Origin: Thermotogota bacterium ADurb.Bin062 | Lineage (GTDB): Bacteria; Thermotogota; Thermotogae; MWEM01 | Assembly (NCBI GenBank): GCA_002071085.1 | Contig: MWEM01000006.1 | Location: 10,198-74,197 of the forward strand | DNA: 64,000 bases | Direction of reading: 5' to 3' | Part shown: positions 59,075 to 64,000 of the stretch, in pieces | How positions within the stretch are numbered: position 1 is the first letter of the stretch | Layout: each line of letters begins with the position of its first letter | Notes under the pieces: generated by a model | Told to the model about the DNA's origin: nothing | What the model saw: the letters and a program-made list of their open reading frames with translations, nothing else | The model's database searches: none | Position numbers and translations under genes: made by a program

Positions 59075-59803
59075 ATGAGAATCCTCCCTTGCGGCTTCGA
59101 CGGGGCGCTGATCGAATTTTCTCAGAGGATCAGTCCATCGATCCATCGGCGGACGATCAGGTTCTCAAAGGCCATCGAAGACGCGCGGATACTCGGCGTT
59201 CTCGAGGTGGTACCCTCCTACTGCTCGCTCCTCCTGCGATACGACCCCCTGCTCACCGAGTTTGCTGCGCTCGCTCACCAGATACGCGCGCTGAAAAGGC
59301 AATCCGGTTCGGGCGGCGCGCCCGAGGGACCCGTGCGCTATATACCGGTGCGTTACGGAGGCGACGCCGGGCCCGATCTGATCGATAGCGCGAAGGCCTG
59401 CGTGCTCTCTCCCGAACAGCTGATCGCGACGCACCTTTCGAAGACCTATCGCGTCTACGCGATCGGCTTTTTACCGGGTTTCCCATACCTCGGTCTGCTT
59501 CCCAAATCCCTTTCCCTTCCGCGATTGGACATTCCCCGTAAGCGGGTCACCAAAGGGTCCGTGGCGATCGCCTCTCGTCAGACGGGCATCTACCCGCGCG
59601 AAAGCCCGGGCGGCTGGCGTCTCATCGGACAAACGCCTTTCGAATTGTTCTGTGAGACCGAGGACCCGCCAACCCTGCTGCAAACTGGAGATCGGGTGAG
59701 GTTTGTCGCTATCGATGGCGCCGAGGACGAAGCCATCCGCCGCCGCGTGTCACAGGGAAACTGGATGCGTTTCGAGCGCGAGTGGAGACAAGGGGCGTTA
59801 TGA
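59075..59803 (+). CDS. pxpB: 5-oxoprolinase subunit B (PxpB/KipI)
   Basis: VPSYCSLL, IPVRYGG...PDL, GF.PGFPYL, GSVAI..RQTGIYP..SPGGW.LIG.TP. Confidence 0.93.
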   Translation: MRILPCGFDGALIEFSQRISPSIHRRTIRFSKAIEDARILGVLEVVPSYCSLLLRYDPLLTEFAALAHQIRALKRQSGSGGAPEGPVRYIPVRYGGDAGPDLIDSAKACVLSPEQLIATHLSKTYRVYAIGFLPGFPYLGLLPKSLSLPRLDIPRKRVTKGSVAIASRQTGIYPRESPGGWRLIGQTPFELFCETEDPPTLLQTGDRVRFVAIDGAEDEAIRRRVSQGNWMRFEREWRQGAL

Positions 59804-60741
59804 AGCTTCTCACCGCCGGATTTTTCTTGCTACCCGTGGGCGCCCCCCGATATGGTCGCGAGCGATTCGGGATCGGGCCGGGCGGTCCTATGGACACGCG
59901 CGCGCTCCGTTTCAACCAGCTGCTTCTCGGAAATAGAGAGGACGACCGGGCGCTCGAAATGGCGGGTCCTCTGCCTTCCTTTTGCTTTGAGGAAGCGGTC
60001 AGTGTAGCGATCACCGGGAACCCCGTAAAAATCTTCCTCGATGGGCATCCGCTGGCGATGCGCCGTTCTTTCAACGTTCGACCAGGTTCGGCGTTAACCT
60101 TCGAGCGTATCGAAGCGGGGGGGTGGACCTATCTCGGAGTCGCAGGCGGAATCGAAGGGATCGCGAACGGCGAGGTCCAGCTAAAAGCGCCGAGGCTCAA
60201 CGATTGGAGCGCCTTCCTTCCGGAATCTCTCTATTGCGAACGCTCGAAAGACGAGCCAATACGGGTCGTCGCGGGTCCGGAGTGGGATTGGTTTGACACC
60301 CGAGCGCGGCGGAGGTTTTTCGAGCAGAGTTATCGAGTCGACTCGACCGACCGCTTGGGTTGCCGGTTGAAAGGGGAGCCGGTCTATACGCGCAAACCGA
60401 AGGAGCTGATCTCCTCGCCGGTGAGCGCCGGCGTCGTGCAGATAACGGGCGGTGGACAACCGGTCGTACTGATGGCTGGGAGACCCACGATCGGCGGATA
60501 CCCAAGGATCGCCTTCCTTGCCCCCACCGATCTCTCTCGGTTGGCGCAGACTGCGGAAGGGCAGGCGGTTCGCTTTCGGGAGATCACGATCACAGAAGCG
60601 GAACGAACCTACCGTGAAGAAACGGAATGGATGGCACGACTAGAGCGGGTCCTCGAAAACCAACGCGAACCGCTCCTCTACTCAAGATCCGTCCGGGTCA
60701 ATGGGCATCCGTTTTACGTACAAATCACGCCTACCGATTAA
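59800..60741 (+). CDS. pxpC: 5-oxoprolinase subunit C (PxpC/KipA)
   Basis: GR..FGI..GGPMD, YLGVAGG, DR.GCRL, G.VQI...GQPVVL...PTIGGYP. Confidence 0.9.
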   Translation: MKLLTAGFFLLPVGAPRYGRERFGIGPGGPMDTRALRFNQLLLGNREDDRALEMAGPLPSFCFEEAVSVAITGNPVKIFLDGHPLAMRRSFNVRPGSALTFERIEAGGWTYLGVAGGIEGIANGEVQLKAPRLNDWSAFLPESLYCERSKDEPIRVVAGPEWDWFDTRARRRFFEQSYRVDSTDRLGCRLKGEPVYTRKPKELISSPVSAGVVQITGGGQPVVLMAGRPTIGGYPRIAFLAPTDLSRLAQTAEGQAVRFREITITEAERTYREETEWMARLERVLENQREPLLYSRSVRVNGHPFYVQITPTD

Positions 60742-60753
60742 ACTTCGAGGCCA

Positions 60754-61416
60754 TCAACCCTTTTGCGCAACCAGAAGGCCAACTAACGGGTGCACTGCGA
60801 CCAAAAGCGTCCGATCGAAATAAGGGCGAGCGGCCTCTTGCAGCCAGAAGGCATTAGACGGGAAATCCGTATCGCCCTCATCGTAGAAAACATCGTCCCA
60901 GGACTCGCGCAACCGGCTCGGATCAACGAACCACATCAGATCCGCGATGACGAGGGTGAGCGGTTGGGGCCACCGTTGCGCCAGACGTTCGAGAAAAGCC
61001 GCTTTCATCGGATCGGTCAGGTGGTGGAACGAGTAGACGCACAGCACCTTATTAGGTCGCACATCCGCCCCTTCTTCGCTTTCTATGAGGTTTTCAAAAG
61101 ACCCGCGGTAGAACCGGACATTCGACACCCCCGCCTGGTGTGCCGCTTCCCGAGCCTGACGAATCAAGGGCTCGCTGATATCGATGCCCACAACCTCTTT
61201 GCATAGGGGCGCGTAGAAGAAGGCCCAGCGACCTAAACCGGTTCCGATATCCAGCAGGGTGTTTGTCTTTTGGAGGTCCAACCAATCCGCGGCTTTCCGG
61301 CCGACGGTGGTAATGATCGAATCCGCTTCGACATTCAACTCAACGAGCGGCGAGCTCCGCTCCAGTTTTCCAAACTCTTCTTCCAAAGCCTCGCGACGAT
61401 AGGTAGGATTTGCCAT
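60754..61416 (-). CDS. Class I SAM-dependent methyltransferase
   Basis: LLDIGTGLG, GIDIS, FHHL. Confidence 0.88.
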   Translation of the reverse strand: MANPTYRREALEEEFGKLERSSPLVELNVEADSIITTVGRKAADWLDLQKTNTLLDIGTGLGRWAFFYAPLCKEVVGIDISEPLIRQAREAAHQAGVSNVRFYRGSFENLIESEEGADVRPNKVLCVYSFHHLTDPMKAAFLERLAQRWPQPLTLVIADLMWFVDPSRLRESWDDVFYDEGDTDFPSNAFWLQEAARPYFDRTLLVAVHPLVGLLVAQKG

Positions 61417-61510
61417 AAGACCTCCCGTGATCCGGTTAAGATAGACGCACGGAAGGTATTATATCAAAAAAAGGGAAGTCGGTTTCTCTGTGCCGCCGGA
61501 GCTCCGAGCA

Positions 61511-61967
61511 CTTGGGAACGCCGCGCTTCAGCGCGGTGTGCCTTGAAAAACAAGGTTCGCACAGAGGGCACAGAGAACACGGAGAGAACAAGCATCGCGG
61601 CGTAAGCGCCTCTTCTCTTCGTGGGGCCGACTTCCAGTCGGCCTGCCTCTCTGGGAACACCTGGGAACGCCAAACTTTAGTTTGGCTTGGTTTCATCTTT
61701 TCATTGGGAGTGTTCCCAAGCCAGCATCGCGGCGTACGCGCCCTTTCTTCTCGCGACGGCGCGATACGCTTTTGTTCTTTATCTTTTCCCTTTTACGAAA
61801 GATCGTATCGCGAGACTTCGTGGGCTTCCGAAGTCAGCCCGCTGGTTACCCCGCGATAACCCCACACGGGCATCGCGGCGTAAGCGCCCCTTCTCTTTGC
61901 GACGGCGCGATACCCTCTTTAGAAGGGCGAAGAAGGGATCGCGGGGTCCCTTCGGTTACCCCGCGAT
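61511..61967 (-). repeat. Mosaic repeat array F (V, U, Y-tail/T, V, Y, W, Y, X)
   Basis: V 61511-61536 and 61661-61686; U ~61545-61588; T 61621-61643; Y 61725-61769 and 61871-61913; W 61807-61857; X variant 61938-61967. Confidence 0.92.
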
Positions 61968-62050
61968 GACCTCCGAGATTCGCTCCACCCTTTTCGGGGA
62001 AAAACACAAAGTCAAAACCAGCAAAAGGTAAAAAGGTAAAAATACAAAAG

Positions 62051-63031
62051 TTAAAAGACCGTCCTGGAAAGGCGAAAGCCGAGGTAGTAGTAGCTGTAAG
62101 TCGGCGTGTAGTAGTACCGACCCGCCGCTCGGCAGTACTGCGCGTTGTGTTTCCAGCTGCCGCCCCGAATCACCCGGTAAGCGCCGAACGCGCCACTACT
62201 CGGCCCTGTCGGGTTTGTTTGCGCGGCGCTTCTGTAATTTCCATACCAGTCGTGACACCATTCCCACACGTTCCCGCTCATATCGTAGAGCCCCAGTTCG
62301 TTCGGTTTCTTCTCGCCTACCGGGTGCGTCTTCTCATCAGAATTGCCGTCGTACCACCCCACTTCGTTTAGGTCGTTGCTTCCTGCGTATTTATACCCCC
62401 TTGAGTTTTGTCCCCCTCGCGCCGCGTATTCCCATTCCGCTTCCGTGGGCAATCGATGCCCTTCTACGTTCGTGATGTCTGTCGTTACCTTTCCGCTCTT
62501 GTCCAGCAAGTTTCCCTGGCTATCGTACGCTTTCTTTATCCCTTCTCTCTCACTCAGCCAGTTGCAGTACCCGATCGCGTCGAACCAACTCACATTCATC
62601 ACCGGCCGCGTCCCGCGGCCCCATTCTTCGTCGCTTGGCTTGCTCTTCCCCGTCGACGCACAGTACGCGTCGCACTCATTGAACGTCACTTCGTACTTCC
62701 CGATCCAGTAGTCGTACGTCAGGGTCACCGTGTGTACCGGCTTTTCTTCGCTGTACTCTTCGCTGTCATTTTCCACATTCCCCATCTGGAAGCTCCCGCC
62801 TTTGACTTTGACCAGAACCGATGTGAACGAAAGAATCGTTTGAAGCTTTCCTTTCGCCTCCAGCAACTGTCGACGGCACTCTTCCGGGTCCGCGCTGCCC
62901 CGCTCTTCGACAATTTTTCCGATGATCCACTGCGTTTCATTAAAGGTGAGCTGCCGCTCCCCTTCACCATTCCACGGTATCCATAACGTCTCTTCGTTTA
63001 TCGCAAGCCTCTTCCTTTTCTTTCTCTTCAT
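62051..63031 (-). CDS. FGE-sulfatase (SUMF1/CLec-fold) domain protein; candidate DGR variable protein
   Basis: GGSFQMG, E.P.H.V, YEVT, PV.NVSW.DA..YC.W, RLPTEAEWEYAARGG, N..GLYDMSGNVWEW, RVIRGGSW, GFR. Confidence 0.92.
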   Translation of the reverse strand: MKRKKRKRLAINEETLWIPWNGEGERQLTFNETQWIIGKIVEERGSADPEECRRQLLEAKGKLQTILSFTSVLVKVKGGSFQMGNVENDSEEYSEEKPVHTVTLTYDYWIGKYEVTFNECDAYCASTGKSKPSDEEWGRGTRPVMNVSWFDAIGYCNWLSEREGIKKAYDSQGNLLDKSGKVTTDITNVEGHRLPTEAEWEYAARGGQNSRGYKYAGSNDLNEVGWYDGNSDEKTHPVGEKKPNELGLYDMSGNVWEWCHDWYGNYRSAAQTNPTGPSSGAFGAYRVIRGGSWKHNAQYCRAAGRYYYTPTYSYYYLGFRLSRTVF

Positions 63032-63060
63032 TTCTCCTCCGATAACAGATTACTCCTCGT

Positions 63061-63417
63061 GGCGTAAGCGCCCCTTCTTTTTGCGACGGCGCGATACGAT
63101 TTTGTTCGATCCTTGTTCCCGTTTTAGTTACTTGCTAATGCACGCTTACTACCAAAGATAGGATCGCAAGACTTCGTGAACTCCCGAAGTCAGCCCGCTG
63201 GTTACCCCGCGATAACCTATAAAGTCCGGCGTTCTCGAGCGCAGCATCGCGGCGTAAGCGCCCCTTCTTTTTGCGACGGCGCGATACGCTTTTGTACACG
63301 TCTTGAAAAACAGGGTTCGCACGGAGGGCACAGAGAACACAGAGGAAAAACTGGCAAACAACAGCATTCTCCCGGAAAAAGAAAAGAAATGCCGGACAAA
63401 AGTCCGGCGCTCCCAAG
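63061..63417 (-). repeat. Mosaic repeat array G (Y, W, Y, U, V variant)
   Basis: Y ~63061-63098 and 63245-63289; W 63162-63213; U ~63303-63345; V variant 63391-63417. Confidence 0.9.
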
Positions 63418-63461
63418 GTGCCCCAGGGAAACGTTCCGGTACGAAAGCCGCCGAGTTGGGG

Positions 63462-64000
63462 CTAATCCGGGGGGTAGTGGATCGTTTCTTTGATATCCCG
63501 ATAGATATGCTTCAACCTCGGGTAGATGTTGCGGTAGGCTTTGTTGTATAAGTCGCGGTAGATGCGCGCGTTTTCTGGGTTCGGGTGGTAGACCCGTCGG
63601 TAGCGGGACATCTCTCGGATCGCTTGCGCAAAGTCTTTGTGGATCTTGAGCCCGACAAACCCGATCATCGCGGCTCCTAAGGTAGAGGTTTCGTGTTCGG
63701 CCGGCTGAAAGACCTCTCGGTCGAACATATCGGCGGTGATTTGGCAGATTGGCTCGCTTTGGGCGCCTCCGCCGGACACGTGGATTTCGGTGATAGGGGT
63801 TTTTGACTGGCGCTCGATCTTTTCCATCCCGTCTATTAACCCGTAATTGATTCCTTCGACGATCGCGCGGTAAATGTGCATACGCGTGTGTACCTCCCCG
63901 AAACCGATCATCGCCCCCTTCGCAATCGGCGTTTTCACGTGGGGACTCCAATAGGGCTGGAGGAGCAATCCGTGGCATCCGGGCGGCACCTCGCTCAACC
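63462..64000 (-). CDS. FGGY-family carbohydrate kinase (3' part; runs off the right edge)
   Basis: PPG..GL...PYW, RAIVEG, SGGGAQS, QITAD, LGAA. Confidence 0.9.
   Translation of the reverse strand, partial: LSEVPPGCHGLLLQPYWSPHVKTPIAKGAMIGFGEVHTRMHIYRAIVEGINYGLIDGMEKIERQSKTPITEIHVSGGGAQSEPICQITADMFDREVFQPAEHETSTLGAAMIGFVGLKIHKDFAQAIREMSRYRRVYHPNPENARIYRDLYNKAYRNIYPRLKHIYRDIKETIHYPPD

Noticed and set aside
625-62986. Numerous antisense and alternate-frame ORFs within housekeeping genes
   Set aside because: Shadow ORFs expected at this GC content; no recognisable motifs.
13446-63417. Repeat arrays as CRISPR arrays
   Set aside because: No single constant repeat alternating with unique equal-length spacers, modules are mixed, and there are no cas genes.
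33984-63417. Repeat arrays as integron attC cassette arrays
   Set aside because: No integron integrase in the window and I could not find RYYYAAC/GTTRRRY core sites at module ends; only the loose cassette-like analogy is kept.
1-64000. DGR reverse transcriptase, avd or template repeat inside the window
   Set aside because: No RT-like ORF (YxDD) and no AAC-rich homolog of 62054-62200 noticed by eye; the AACAAC at ~48540 is ordinary SLT coding sequence.

Overview
A ~64 kb bacterial chromosomal segment, mostly housekeeping genes on the minus strand. The gene set (PolC, PDO-TrxB, rubredoxin-FprA-desulfoferrodoxin, Kdd, Lnt, a large O-antigen-ligase-like protein, the ffh-rpsP-khpA-rimM-trmD-rplS-lepB-rbgA cluster) suggests an anaerobe, most likely Thermotogota (inference). 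The most unusual signal is non-coding: seven intergenic mosaic arrays built from a small set of shuffled modules. Three modules share ATCGCG...CGCGAT termini, one hairpin module shows compensatory substitutions, and a non-palindromic module caps five arrays. Two accessory genes are each sandwiched between such arrays. One is an Rpn/YhgA-like nuclease gene, broken by an in-frame stop but keeping an internal RBS+ATG for its small C-terminal product. The other is an FGE-sulfatase/CLec gene whose 3' end looks like a diversity-generating-retroelement variable region; I saw no RT or template repeat in the window. Other notable items: pgsB-pgsC-pgsW, a GT4-GT2-acyltransferase trio, a PolC apparently lacking its OB fold, a short-loop tRNA nucleotidyltransferase, a CsoR-type operator, and a tRNA-Thr(GGT), rubredoxin and RodZ-like HTH gene missing from the ORF track. 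All calls are by eye; no searches were run.
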